Source: a virus (Duplodnaviria > Caudoviricetes). Taken from it: a stretch of DNA of 64,000 bases. The notes under the pieces are model-generated. The model was not told the DNA's origin and did no database searches. It saw only the letters and a program-made list of their open reading frames with translations. A program made the translations under genes and the position numbers. Shown here piece by piece: positions 8,667-18,454 of the stretch. Positions within the stretch are counted from its first letter, which is position 1, and each line of letters opens with the position of its first letter. The stretch covers positions 160,001 through 224,000 of the IMG/VR virus record IMGVR_UViG_3300002307_000018. One strand, written 5' to 3'.

Positions 8667-9145
8667 TAATCCTTAACGATAGTAATAAGATGTTCAATCA
8701 ACTCTTCGTACGTGTTGAACAGCGGAATATTGTAACGATCACAAACTATCTCAACATTACCCTTGCGCCAGAACCCGTCAGGACAACATACGTATACGTG
8801 ATCACTCCACGTGTCCGAGCTACATGCAATGCCCAGTTCCATAAGAGTAATGGGTGATTTTGTACTGGGATCAAAGTAAAAGATTACAATGTCAGAGTTA
8901 TCAATTCCATCAAGTTCCCATGTAACCTGTTTATTGAATTGTGGATCATCGATGGATTGGCGCCAAGACGAGTCCCAATCATCACGACGTGGATTGAGTA
9001 GAACTACATCAGAGTCGGCCAGATCACCGACAACACGGGTTTGCCAGTTTTCCGCCACGCCCATTTCAATCGATCCCGCCAAGAAGATTCTTGGCAGATA
9101 ATGGTCAATGTCATGATCACTATTAGGTGCTTTAATTTCAATCAT
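8663..9145 (-). CDS. Nucleoside 2-deoxyribosyltransferase-like protein
   Basis: IFLAGSI...WQ, LLNPRRDDWD, QVTWEL and TKSPITLMELG motifs. Confidence 0.85.
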   Translation of the reverse strand: MIEIKAPNSDHDIDHYLPRIFLAGSIEMGVAENWQTRVVGDLADSDVVLLNPRRDDWDSSWRQSIDDPQFNKQVTWELDGIDNSDIVIFYFDPSTKSPITLMELGIACSSDTWSDHVYVCCPDGFWRKGNVEIVCDRYNIPLFNTYEELIEHLITIVKDY

Positions 9146-9214
9146 TGCTATTTCCTATAACAACAAACAAGGCGACCATGATCGCAATAGCGACAATGAT
9201 CACCGTATCCATGA

Positions 9215-9997
9215 TTACTGACCGTAGTTATCGTTAACGAACGAATTATCCCACTCGGTGTTGGCATTATCTTGCACTGCGGCCGTGAATGCGTCTTCTG
9301 GATTTACACCCAACTCGCCAATCACTTCGTAGCGTGAGCAACGACCTTTCGAGTTATTGTAGTCACTTGGGATAGACACAACATCACGTGGATTGATCTT
9401 TAAGATCATAGTGTGTTCGCCACCAAAGTGATTCAAGTACTCTTGTGAACAAAAGTGCAAGCCGGTTGAACAAGTACGATCCTTGTCATCATCAACTTGA
9501 TTACGTTCCATTTCGCAGATCATACCAATTGAATTGTTGAATGTGCCGCTATGACAGTCCATGTAGTCCGATCTTACTTTTTTATAAGCCAGAAAGTGAC
9601 CATCAGGTGTGATCGGCAGGTTGTTCTTTTCCAAGAAGCCATACAACTCGTCAACTGCACGTTTTGATGGATTGCTCATCAGGTTTTCCATGAACAACAC
9701 CAGTGGTTCGATTGGAAATCCTTCTTGAATCATAGCAATCATTCTGGATGTCAGAGCATTATGAAGTGGTTGTCCCTTCCAGAACAAATCATCTCCTTGA
9801 ATTTCAATGTTGCCTGCGCCATAATTCAGAACAACTTTTTTTGGATTTATAGTATCACGAACAGTGTTCCAATCACTAGATTTAATCGCATCAAGCACTT
9901 TTTGATAAGTAATGTGAGTACGACTCACGGTATGTGGTTCATTATCAATGACAACGACAATGTTTGAACCTTGAATAATGTATGGTAGTGCGTTCAT
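9215..9997 (-). CDS. rIIB: rIIB-like protein
   Basis: NPSKRAVDELYGFL, ITPDGHFLAYK, CSTGLHFCS and INPRDVVSIP..YNNSKGRC motifs; located downstream of rIIA. Confidence 0.9.
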   Translation of the reverse strand: MNALPYIIQGSNIVVVIDNEPHTVSRTHITYQKVLDAIKSSDWNTVRDTINPKKVVLNYGAGNIEIQGDDLFWKGQPLHNALTSRMIAMIQEGFPIEPLVLFMENLMSNPSKRAVDELYGFLEKNNLPITPDGHFLAYKKVRSDYMDCHSGTFNNSIGMICEMERNQVDDDKDRTCSTGLHFCSQEYLNHFGGEHTMILKINPRDVVSIPSDYNNSKGRCSRYEVIGELGVNPEDAFTAAVQDNANTEWDNSFVNDNYGQ

Positions 9998-10178
9998 AGT
10001 AAGCCTTTAAAATTTAAGTTGAGAATGATAGTATAACAGACAGCGTATATAAAGTCAATAGAAAATGGATGAATTGCTTGTTGTATTTTTGATACAAGAA
10101 TGCTATAATGATAAATAGTTGTGAGTCACGATGCTACCAACATCCACTCACTCTAACAGTTTATAAGGAACTATCAGC

Positions 10179-10835
10179 ATGACTATTTATTTAATAAAAA
10201 AGACTCACAGAAAAACTGGACTCCAATATCTATGTAAAACGATTAGAAAAGATTGGCATAGATATGCGGGTTCTGGAAAATACTGGAAGAGACATATTAA
10301 AGAACACGGAAGAGATATTGATTCCGAACTCGTTCGTGAATGTGAAACCATAGAAGAATTCAAAGAGTGGGGCATTTATTACAGTACACTATGGAACATT
10401 GTGGAAAGCGACGAATGGGCCAATTTAAAACCAGAAGACGGAGATGGTGGCACGGGATGTCCCGGCTACAAGCATACTCCAGAAATGATAGAACATCTGC
10501 GTAAAACTAAAACTGGCGTTCCAAAATCCGAATCGCATAAAGATTCAATGAGTAAAGCAAGAATTGGATTTAAATGGGGTAATCATACTGACGAAACCAA
10601 AGAACGAATTAGAAATCAGAGTCATAGTGATGAATATATTCAATTTTTGAAAACAAGTAGAATAGGGAATGGAAATCCTAGAGCCGATAAAACAATTTAT
10701 ACATTCATTCACGATAGCGGTATTACAGAAATCTGTACTCGCTCTGATCTTAGAATAAAATATAATCTAAACAAAAACCACATGGGAACCATCATTGCCT
10801 CTCGTGGGAAAAGTAATGGATGGTCCCTTGGTTAA
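10179..10835 (+). mobile_element. Free-standing GIY-YIG-type (Seg-like) homing endonuclease with NUMOD3-like repeats
   Basis: IYLIKK...QYLCKT, YAGSG and WANLKPE motifs with HT/HK..SE repeats; antisense to the flanking rII genes. Confidence 0.8.
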
Positions 10836-13039
10836 ACAACTTTCTTCTGACTGTCAATCAGGTTAATGTACTCTGCAAACCGTTCGGAAGAGAATGCAGT
10901 ACGATCAATCGAATTCTCTAACATTTCCAATAGTGGGTAATGCTTGTAACAAGCATCACATTCAATACGTAATTCTTTTCTGCCCTTTTCAATCAACGCC
11001 ATCATGTCAGGATTGTATGCAGTCATCAATACGTTCATTGAATGCTGATCAATTGCAAAGTCTCGTCTAAGATTTTTTACCTTATTGACAATAGTGGCAT
11101 AGGGCGCAGTTTTATCAACAACATAACGAAGAATAGACGTTGTGCTACTATTATACTTGACAAACGGATAGTTGTCAAGCGATCTGGACAACACCGATTC
11201 CACAATACCAGTTTGGTTCTTCTTTAGTACATCAACAATATGATCTTCCAAATTGACCCAGTTTTTCTTGGCTTTGATGGTTTCAATATCAGCCTTACGA
11301 ACACCATATACTGTAATAGTATTTAGAGCGCCAACACCAAAACATTTTAAATAATTGCCAAGATCACTGGCAGATAGACTCCACTTGTACTTGGAGTTCA
11401 TCATGAACCCATTCAATGGCAAGTAATAAAATAAAACGTTGTTGTCAAAGATGCTGCTATTGCCCGCATCACGCCATACCAAGTCATCGCTATTACGGCG
11501 ATATCCACCATCACGACGTTCCAATCGCATGATCGTGACATCACGACTCATTGTCTTACGTTCCTTTTCGTCAAGAGTGCTGACCTTAACGATATTCGGT
11601 GGATTCATGATGTCATTGAAGAATTCCTCAGTCAGCATGGGCTTGCTACGATCTGCCGGTTCAAGCAGAAACACGGTGGCGCCACCATCTCCACGTTTGA
11701 GATTTTGTCTGTAGTGATGCTTACAACGTTCCAGTCCGCCTTTCTTAGTGTCGTTGACTGCAAAGATATGGCTGGCACGTGTTTGAATCCGCATACCATA
11801 GCCCCACTCTGCCAGTGATCTGTTATCATCTGGATTGAGTCTAATGGCAGCATTATCATTGAACATCGAGACCGTTGGTTTGGCTGCATTTCCATTGTTA
11901 ACTTGAAATCCTTTGATAACCAAGTTAAACGTGTTTGCCAAATTGGTCTTGATAAGTTCGATCTCACGAAACGAACCGTACCCGTTACGTGGAGTATACA
12001 GTGTGAACTTGGTAGCAGTCACGTATTTTTCAACCGCAGCAGCCCACAAGCGGCGCCCGTTCAGTCGTTCCAATTCCTTGGCACGTACCCACAAGTTTTC
12101 AATCTTATCAACATCTTCTGTTAACTTAGCGGTCAGTGCGGTATTAAGAGCTTCAAGTTTACGCTTGATAGCATCAATAGTCTGCGGCACATATGATAAG
12201 CCCTCACGACTTGCCTGAAAGTCCAACTCGCCAATACCAAAGTGCATTTCCAACCCGCACTCTAACAGTCCAGATAAGCTGCCCAGTACTGTAACCGAGT
12301 TTGGAACTGCAATAGGGTACGCAATGTTGCCCATAACGGCAAAAGATCGACTAGAATGGCGACTTGCATACTCGTGTACGCCGGGAATAATATCTCGGGT
12401 AGCGTATTCATCTATCGGAACTTGTAAGCCAACATTAGTCTGTGGTTTCAGTGCAAAGTAACGGTAAACTTCACAAGCCTCGTCACGAAACTTAGAGTAA
12501 TCGTACTTGTCATTTACTGAAAACTTGATCTCAACGCCATTGGCTTCATCGGTGGTTTCAGTAGTCATTAGTGCAATTGAGGGCACTCCGTCACCGTTGA
12601 TAAACGCAGAGTAAACGCCACGCACACCATTTTGAACGGCGGCAACTGTGAAGTTATCAGTGTACGAGAATGGGGATTTTGAGCCAAGACCAAGCGCACC
12701 AATAAAGTCGTTCGATCCAGTTTTGGTCGATTCAAAGTATGTGGTGTAAATTTTGGTAACTTGATCGTGAGATAAGCCAATGCCATAATCACGTACGGCA
12801 AACCATGGCTCTAGATTGGTGGGAAGATGTACATCAAATGGTACGGTAGACTTGCCAGCAGCGGCGTGTGAGTCTACGGCATTACATGACAACTCACGCA
12901 CAATGGCACGAATTTTGTTGGCATACAAGCCCGATGATAGAATTGAAAATGCCTTAGCACTGTTGCGAATACGGAATTCCCCGATTTCGCCAACATTACT
13001 AAGAACTGCTTCGTGCGTGGGAGTGTTATTTAAAATCAT
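10832..13039 (-). CDS. rIIA: rIIA-like protein with N-terminal GHKL ATPase domain
   Basis: RELSCNAVDSH, VRDYGIGL and GALGLGSKSPFSY motifs; 735 aa. Confidence 0.9.
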   Translation of the reverse strand: MILNNTPTHEAVLSNVGEIGEFRIRNSAKAFSILSSGLYANKIRAIVRELSCNAVDSHAAAGKSTVPFDVHLPTNLEPWFAVRDYGIGLSHDQVTKIYTTYFESTKTGSNDFIGALGLGSKSPFSYTDNFTVAAVQNGVRGVYSAFINGDGVPSIALMTTETTDEANGVEIKFSVNDKYDYSKFRDEACEVYRYFALKPQTNVGLQVPIDEYATRDIIPGVHEYASRHSSRSFAVMGNIAYPIAVPNSVTVLGSLSGLLECGLEMHFGIGELDFQASREGLSYVPQTIDAIKRKLEALNTALTAKLTEDVDKIENLWVRAKELERLNGRRLWAAAVEKYVTATKFTLYTPRNGYGSFREIELIKTNLANTFNLVIKGFQVNNGNAAKPTVSMFNDNAAIRLNPDDNRSLAEWGYGMRIQTRASHIFAVNDTKKGGLERCKHHYRQNLKRGDGGATVFLLEPADRSKPMLTEEFFNDIMNPPNIVKVSTLDEKERKTMSRDVTIMRLERRDGGYRRNSDDLVWRDAGNSSIFDNNVLFYYLPLNGFMMNSKYKWSLSASDLGNYLKCFGVGALNTITVYGVRKADIETIKAKKNWVNLEDHIVDVLKKNQTGIVESVLSRSLDNYPFVKYNSSTTSILRYVVDKTAPYATIVNKVKNLRRDFAIDQHSMNVLMTAYNPDMMALIEKGRKELRIECDACYKHYPLLEMLENSIDRTAFSSERFAEYINLIDSQKKVV

Positions 13040-13103
13040 TTTTTCTCTGTGTTTTGAGTGTAGATAGAGAGTATAGCAAGAATTTGATTTAATGTCAAGG
13101 GTT

Positions 13104-13289
13104 TTATGCTACACGTTCGTATGTAGCGCGGAAGTAGCAGTCATAAGAACCGCTGGCATATTCTTCGCAAAAACGCTTGGCTTCTGCCTCGTTGTCAAAG
13201 TATTTAGTACCCATGGGACGTTGGCCCCAGCCACTTTCATACTCGGTCATTGTAACTTTATAAAGATGGGAAACATAGACTTCTGCCAT
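13104..13289 (-). CDS. Hypothetical protein
   Basis: 61 aa with EYESGWGQR; RBS GGAG upstream. Confidence 0.6.
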   Translation of the reverse strand: MAEVYVSHLYKVTMTEYESGWGQRPMGTKYFDNEAEAKRFCEEYASGSYDCYFRATYERVA

Positions 13290-13306
13290 TTTTAACTCCT
13301 TTGTTA

Positions 13307-13540
13307 CTAACTGTAACTATCGCTTTGAAGATCGGGATCGATAACTGAAAAGGATAAGTTGGCACTGTATGAAATAAAGTGCAAACTGCCGACAACCAGC
13401 TTGTTTATATCTGCCTTTTGTGATTGCGTGATTTTAAACAAAACCCCGTTATCATTGATATCCATAATGATACCCTGTTTTGAGTAGTGATCATTTGGGT
13501 AAATGCGGGCTTCTTTGCCAATTAAGTCTTTGACTTTCAT
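13307..13540 (-). CDS. Hypothetical protein
   Basis: 77-aa ORF in the gene run. Confidence 0.55.
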   Translation of the reverse strand: MKVKDLIGKEARIYPNDHYSKQGIIMDINDNGVLFKITQSQKADINKLVVGSLHFISYSANLSFSVIDPDLQSDSYS

Positions 13541-13551
13541 AATTTTCCTGT

Positions 13552-13788
13552 TTAGCTTTGAACAAAGTGCATACGAACGGTGAAATGCACATCCTCTTGC
13601 CCTTTGTACTCTTTATTTTTTTGTGCTGCGTGATCTTTGGCGGCTTGCTCAGTAGCGAAAACGCCACGAACCATTTCCGAAACTTGATCAGCATCAACGT
13701 CATCAATGTCTTGACCGTCTAAGGTATACTTCATAGTAACGACAAAAACAGCGGGCATAGTCTCAAGTTTGAGAACGTCTGGATTCAT
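13552..13788 (-). CDS. Hypothetical early protein
   Basis: Directly behind the promoter cassette at 13800-13874. Confidence 0.6.
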   Translation of the reverse strand: MNPDVLKLETMPAVFVVTMKYTLDGQDIDDVDADQVSEMVRGVFATEQAAKDHAAQKNKEYKGQEDVHFTVRMHFVQS

Positions 13789-13799
13789 GTTTATTTCCT

Positions 13800-13874
13800 T
13801 TTCTTCAGTGTATGTGTATATTGTAGCAGAAAAATAGATTTGTTGTCAACTAAAAGTGTTGTTTTTACGCAACA
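13800..13874 (-). promoter_or_regulatory. Early promoter cassette with TGTTG-N8-CAACA
   Basis: TTGACA-17-TACAAT, conserved ATACACATACACTGAAGAAAAGG leader, palindrome at 13857-13874. Confidence 0.75.
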
Positions 13875-14089
13875 AGTGCGACACGCATTGCTTTAAGATT
13901 GCCATCACTAGCACAAAGTCGCACACTTTTGAGTTCATACATATCTGAAATCTGTACTAAGGATTCAACGTCAATCCACGGCGTAATAACGCCATTAGCA
14001 GCAGGGCTGAGAACAACGTTTTTAATAGTGCCACGCTTGACGCCTGCGGCTGATTCCCAACGCACTTTAGTGCCGATTGATAAATTCAT
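13865..14089 (-). CDS. Hypothetical early protein
   Basis: Start re-called at MNLSIGTKV. Confidence 0.6.
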   Translation of the reverse strand: MNLSIGTKVRWESAAGVKRGTIKNVVLSPAANGVITPWIDVESLVQISDMYELKSVRLCASDGNLKAMRVALVA

Positions 14090-14099
14090 GTTTTCTTCC

Positions 14100-14198
14100 T
14101 TTTCTTCAGTGTATGTGTATATTTTACACGAAAATGGAATTAAAGTCAAGCTATTTTTGTTGTAAAAATACAACACTTTTTGCTTACTTTTTGAGCAA
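14100..14198 (-). promoter_or_regulatory. Early promoter cassette with TGTTG-N8-CAACA and TGCTTA-N5-TGAGCA
   Basis: TTGACT-17-TAAAAT, palindrome at 14158-14175, flank ctttttgcttactttttgagca nearly identical to the 4119-4141 copy. Confidence 0.75.
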
Positions 14199-14199
14199 T

Positions 14200-14607
14200 T
14201 TATAAACGACCGTATCGTATGTTCCAGCCTTGCGAAACGTGTTCGATTGGCCTGTCTAGAAATACTGGCTCAAATGTCATAGGGTCTGGGTCGCCATAGT
14301 ATAGAGGCATTCCGACATTGTACCACAGATCGTACAGAAATATGTGACTTTCGCCCACAGCATCTTCACACAGTAAGATAAAATCGTCAAGTGAATCCAT
14401 ACTCACGGTTATCGCATGAAAATATGATCCACGATATTCTGCTACTGGTCCCGTCATGAATCCAGAAAGATTACAACGTTGATCCAGATAGCGAAGTCCT
14501 GGGATATCTCTGCACCATCCACCCTTATCATTGTCTTGCGATTTTTCTTTATCTTCGATCCATCGATCAAAGTCAATTGTAATGTTTGATGTTTTTCTGT
14601 AGCTCAT
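14200..14607 (-). CDS. Hypothetical protein
   Basis: Likely start MSYRKT, behind a TTGAA/TATAAT promoter. Confidence 0.55.
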   Translation of the reverse strand: MSYRKTSNITIDFDRWIEDKEKSQDNDKGGWCRDIPGLRYLDQRCNLSGFMTGPVAEYRGSYFHAITVSMDSLDDFILLCEDAVGESHIFLYDLWYNVGMPLYYGDPDPMTFEPVFLDRPIEHVSQGWNIRYGRL

Positions 14608-14654
14608 TGTATGATTATACTCTATCAGTTGATATTGTTCAAGTATTTTGGACA

Positions 14655-14682
14655 ACAAAAAACCCGCCGAAGCGGGTTGTTG
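14655..14682 (-). terminator. Rho-independent terminator with cUUCGg loop
   Basis: AACCCGC-TTCG-GCGGGTT followed by a T-run; same hairpin as 15289-15310. Confidence 0.85.
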
Positions 14683-14683
14683 A

Positions 14684-14818
14684 TCAAAGTTCCATTAGTT
14701 CGTAGTCGTTCTTACTAACGCCGCATTCTGGGCAATTGACTTCATCTGGTAAACTAAGCCAATCTTCTTCGGATAAGGTGTGTCCACAGACAACACAAAC
14801 GTAAATGCGTTCGGTCAT
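14684..14818 (-). CDS. Rubredoxin (44 aa, not in the ORF track)
   Basis: MTERIYVCVVCGHTLSEEDWLSLPDEVNCPECGVSKNDY has CxxCG...CPxCG; ATGA overlap with the rubrerythrin stop. Confidence 0.85.
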   Translation of the reverse strand: MTERIYVCVVCGHTLSEEDWLSLPDEVNCPECGVSKNDYELMEL

Positions 14819-15267
14819 TTTAGTTCTCCTAATACTTTCTGATAGGCCTCGGCGTGACGCTGTTCAACTTTAGCAAGAGCGGCGAATCGCTTTTCTGCTT
14901 TGAGTAGTACTGCCTTAAACTGTTCAGCGTGTTCACGTGATTCCGCAATTTGATTGTTTGCTTCTTCTGCGGCAAGTTCATTGCCTTCGGCTACAGCGAC
15001 TTCACGAAAACTTGGATACATTGTGGTGAACTCGTATGTCTCACCGTCAATGGCTTTTTGTAAACACTCACGTGTGGTTGGCTTACCAACTAACAACTCA
15101 AGATGTCCCCAAGCGTGAAGAATCTCTTGATCTGCGGTATGTTCAAAATGCTTTGCTACATCTTCAAACCCTTCTGCACGTGCCAATTTCGCAAAGTAAC
15201 GATACTTGATATGTGCCATACTTTCGCCAGCTAAGGCCGCTTCTAAATTTTTTAATGTTAGACTCAT
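14815..15267 (-). CDS. Rubrerythrin (ferritin-like diiron domain)
   Basis: AALAGESMAHIKY, QEILHA, GETYEFTTMYP and ESREHA motifs. Confidence 0.92.
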   Translation of the reverse strand: MSLTLKNLEAALAGESMAHIKYRYFAKLARAEGFEDVAKHFEHTADQEILHAWGHLELLVGKPTTRECLQKAIDGETYEFTTMYPSFREVAVAEGNELAAEEANNQIAESREHAEQFKAVLLKAEKRFAALAKVEQRHAEAYQKVLGELK

Positions 15268-15288
15268 AATTTTCCCTGTGTGTTATGT

Positions 15289-15312
15289 TAAACCCGCCGA
15301 AGCGGGTTTGTT
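15289..15312 (-). terminator. Terminator-like hairpin with cUUCGg loop
   Basis: AAACCCGC-TTCG-GCGGGTTT between ompA-like and rubrerythrin genes; short U-tract. Confidence 0.65.
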
Positions 15313-15858
15313 TTAGTTAGAGATAACTACTCTGCGATCTGGTGCTAAACAGGCTTTGTATTTCTCAAAGTTTTTCATACCAGTACACAGCTTAGTTCCC
15401 TCTGTTGGTTGTGTTGAACCTACTCCACTAGCTGCAAAGGTCGCTTTGCTCTTAGAGCTAAGATACTGTGCAACAGCGTTGGCACGTGCTTCACTTAATG
15501 TTTGATTGTATGAACTTGCGCCAATACGATCAGCGTGTCCTACAACTTTAACATTACCAATGATTTTTGGGGCCGCCGCATCTAAAGCTGTACGACCCTG
15601 TGGAGTCAGTACTGCTGAATCAAATGCAAACAACACATCACTACTCAATGTAACTGCAACAACCGGTTTCTTGGCTACTGGGTCACATCCTTCTACTGCG
15701 TCGGCTGGTGTATATGAACCTGTGCGTAAACACAAGTCAGTACCAGTCTTTACGATCTTTCCGCTACCATCCACGACATAACCCTGTGTGCCTTGGGCAA
15801 CACACAGAGCAGTCACGAAGGATAACAAGATTGCGGAAACTACTTTCGCTACTTTCAT
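15313..15858 (-). CDS. OmpA-family outer-membrane / peptidoglycan-binding protein
   Basis: Signal peptide with LSSDVLFAFDSAVL, VVGHADRIG, NQTLSEARANAV and PDRRVVI motifs. Confidence 0.92.
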   Translation of the reverse strand: MKVAKVVSAILLSFVTALCVAQGTQGYVVDGSGKIVKTGTDLCLRTGSYTPADAVEGCDPVAKKPVVAVTLSSDVLFAFDSAVLTPQGRTALDAAAPKIIGNVKVVGHADRIGASSYNQTLSEARANAVAQYLSSKSKATFAASGVGSTQPTEGTKLCTGMKNFEKYKACLAPDRRVVISN

Positions 15859-15873
15859 TGTTATCCTTTATGA

Positions 15874-17058
15874 TTAGAATGCGTGACGCAAACCAACTGT
15901 GGCTGTATTACCAGACAAGCCGGCAACGTTCTGATAGTTGTTAACGTATGAGTAAATACCATATACGTTAGTGCGCTTAGTAAACGCATACGAATAACCT
16001 AAACCGTATGTGTTTTGTGTAGCACCACCAACATCAGCAACAGTACCTGTTGCAGACTGACCTTGATAGGCAGCCATTACAGTACCGTTCGCACCAACTG
16101 GAGCTGCCACGTTGATGTTCCATGCGTTTGTACCAGCGCCGTCAGCGAATACTACACCGCCGTTAGCCATTGGGTTAACAATTTCGCTTGACACAGTTGA
16201 CATACTGCCACCGTTGATCAAACCACCACGAACTTGGTTGTATGCGACACCAACTTTAGCAACTTTAGCGTCATACGCACCCGCAACAATCCATGATCTC
16301 ACGTTTGTACCGTTTGAGCCTGCAACAGTATTACTTGCTGGAGTAAACTGATCATAAACGGCTGACACGTAGATAGGACCATTTTCATAGCTAACTGCAC
16401 CTGATACGTTACGCATATTGTTACCAGTTTCAAAGGCGCTGCCAGTTGCTGCGTCGGCAGTTGCGGCACCGTTTGCTAACTGACGATTAGTAGTCAAGCC
16501 AGTATTGAATGAGTACTGAGCACCGACTTTAAAGCCTGACATCGAAGGCGACTGATACATCAACATATTGCTCTGACGAACAGCAGTTACGCCCATTACG
16601 CCAGAAATATTGATGATCGGAGCGTTAACACCGAAAGCGTTGTCGATTGGAGCACCGGCAAATTTATATGCCAAGTTCAATTGACGGCCTAAATCAACTT
16701 GGCCCCAAGCATCGTTACGCAAACCAATGATTGATGTACGTTGCCACTGACTGTATGATCCTTGTGAACCATCACCAACGTTGACTTGACCTTCCAAGTT
16801 CCAGACAGCTTGGTTACCTGAGCCGAGGTCTTCAACACCGCGAACGCCAAAGCGTGAGGTTGACTGAGTACCTGACACTACACCAATGCTGCTGGTTGAA
16901 ACGTCAGCTTTAGAGAATGGACCCGATGATAGATTCCAGTTTTGGTAGCGAACGCCACCGTCTAACACGCCGTAAAGTGTGACCGAACTTTGTGCCTGTG
17001 CTGCTGTTGCGCTTGCTGCAAGAATTGCTGCTGCGACTAAAGTTTTATTAAATTGCAA
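15874..17058 (-). CDS. General-diffusion porin, Burkholderiales/Neisseria type
   Basis: AQAQSSVTLYGVLDGG, SRFGVRGVEDLGSG, YAFTKRTNVY and C-terminal GLRHAF; TTG start with RBS AAGGAG. Confidence 0.93.
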   Translation of the reverse strand: MQFNKTLVAAAILAASATAAQAQSSVTLYGVLDGGVRYQNWNLSSGPFSKADVSTSSIGVVSGTQSTSRFGVRGVEDLGSGNQAVWNLEGQVNVGDGSQGSYSQWQRTSIIGLRNDAWGQVDLGRQLNLAYKFAGAPIDNAFGVNAPIINISGVMGVTAVRQSNMLMYQSPSMSGFKVGAQYSFNTGLTTNRQLANGAATADAATGSAFETGNNMRNVSGAVSYENGPIYVSAVYDQFTPASNTVAGSNGTNVRSWIVAGAYDAKVAKVGVAYNQVRGGLINGGSMSTVSSEIVNPMANGGVVFADGAGTNAWNINVAAPVGANGTVMAAYQGQSATGTVADVGGATQNTYGLGYSYAFTKRTNVYGIYSYVNNYQNVAGLSGNTATVGLRHAF

Positions 17059-17164
17059 GTTACTTCTCCTTAAGGTTAATCATTATTGATATAATGAATT
17101 ATTGTACATCTTTCTATGACTATTATTTAGTAGTCACAAAAGATGCAAAATAATTTTGTTGACG

Positions 17165-17434
17165 TTACACTGTGATAATAGGAGTCACAGAGATAACATT
17201 GTTGGTGCGAAAGCTACGCCATTCTTTTTTGTCTAGTGCCCATACAGAGATAACTCCTGGTGTTGGTGCCTTAGTCTTGGCGTTCTCCACTACTACTCGT
17301 GGCGGAAGTTCTTCTGCTCGTAGAGTACATGACATCACACGAATTTCTCCATCGACCTTTCTAAAGGTGACTTCACAGTTGTGTTGATGTAGCAGTTCGA
17401 GAATTTCTTCTGCTGATAAGATTTTATTTTCCAT
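17165..17434 (-). CDS. WYL_2-like (Sm/SH3-fold) phage protein
   Basis: VTFRKVDGEIRVMSCTL and VWALDKKEWRSFR motifs. Confidence 0.75.
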   Translation of the reverse strand: MENKILSAEEILELLHQHNCEVTFRKVDGEIRVMSCTLRAEELPPRVVVENAKTKAPTPGVISVWALDKKEWRSFRTNNVISVTPIITV

Positions 17435-17550
17435 AGTTTAAAAGTTTAAGTATTTAACTGAGAACCAAATTACAAACGCTATAATGCCAGCAACTCCTAG
17501 TGCCATACCGATTACTGCAACTGTCGCTAAGAGTATGTTGAGCAGTGTTG

Positions 17551-17871
17551 TCATTCGTCATCTGTTCCGGTTGATAAGAGACCATTGCTATGTCTTGAAC
17601 GAACATTATCAAGGTCTTGTGTTAAGCGTTTCTCTTGTTGAGTAGGCTCGTCAAAGAACTTTCTTGGGTTACCGCACATTACACAGTTACTATCACCACA
17701 AGTCATTCCACTTACTTTGTGATAACGATGCGGAGATTCGCTCGCTGAGAGTGTAGGCGTACCATAATCTGGCGTCGAATGAGCTTTCCGAATGCTCATC
17801 TGTCGATTGATATGATTTTCTTTCTGTTGCTGCCGTTTGCTATGTTTGAGTTTGTCTTCTTCGGTACTCAT
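17551..17871 (-). CDS. Hypothetical protein
   Basis: 106 aa with CGDSNCVMCGNPRK. Confidence 0.6.
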   Translation of the reverse strand: MSTEEDKLKHSKRQQQKENHINRQMSIRKAHSTPDYGTPTLSASESPHRYHKVSGMTCGDSNCVMCGNPRKFFDEPTQQEKRLTQDLDNVRSRHSNGLLSTGTDDE

Positions 17872-17992
17872 AGTAACACCTCGCTTTTCTAGTCTACTTA
17901 TTATACATTGATTACGTTATAACGTCAACTATTTTGGTCACATTGAAATGATTCCAAAAGAATAAATACTTACAGAATAAGGAGAGACAATA

Positions 17993-18445
17993 ATGTCCGA
18001 AGAAGTTAAAAGCGAAAGCGAGAAGAAAAAAGAAGATTGGATGAACTCAAAGTGGCGCCCAATGATGGGTTGGATGTACATGTTGGTATGTACTATGGAC
18101 TTTGTGGCATTTCCAGTTCTATGGAGTTTAGTTCAGGCACTACACGGCGGTAATGTAACCACTCAATGGAGCCCAATCACACTACAGGGTGCAGGTCTAT
18201 TTCACATGGCAATGGGTGCTATTCTTGGTATCGCTGCATTTGGACGCACACAAGAAAAACTAGCAGGTGCTAATAACGGAAACGTCATAGCTCCAAGTAA
18301 TTTCAGCGGAGTGTCGGCATCTATGCCTGCACCTATGCCAATGCCAACTAACAACTATGTGCCAGCACCAGCAAGTGCGTCAGGCATTACATACTCGTCA
18401 ACTGGTAAAGCAATGCCAGAACAACCATTGCAGCCAGCACTATAA
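17993..18445 (+). CDS. Holin-like membrane protein (GTA 3-TM holin-like)
   Basis: KWRPMMGW and MGAILGIAAFGRTQEK motifs; first gene of the lysis cluster, after an ATAAATA late motif. Confidence 0.65.
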   Translation: MSEEVKSESEKKKEDWMNSKWRPMMGWMYMLVCTMDFVAFPVLWSLVQALHGGNVTTQWSPITLQGAGLFHMAMGAILGIAAFGRTQEKLAGANNGNVIAPSNFSGVSASMPAPMPMPTNNYVPAPASASGITYSSTGKAMPEQPLQPAL

Positions 18446-18454
18446 GGAAAAAAC

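Noticed and set aside
14655-17058. Host chromosome fragment or chimeric contig
   Set aside because: The genes are flanked by phage-type promoters, use the same TAAATA motif and have similar composition to their neighbours. Read-level confirmation is still advisable.
17076-17100. Fur box upstream of the porin
   Set aside because: The TCATTAT/ATAATGA half-sites are in the opposite order to the Fur consensus. A simple AT-rich leader hairpin explains it equally well.
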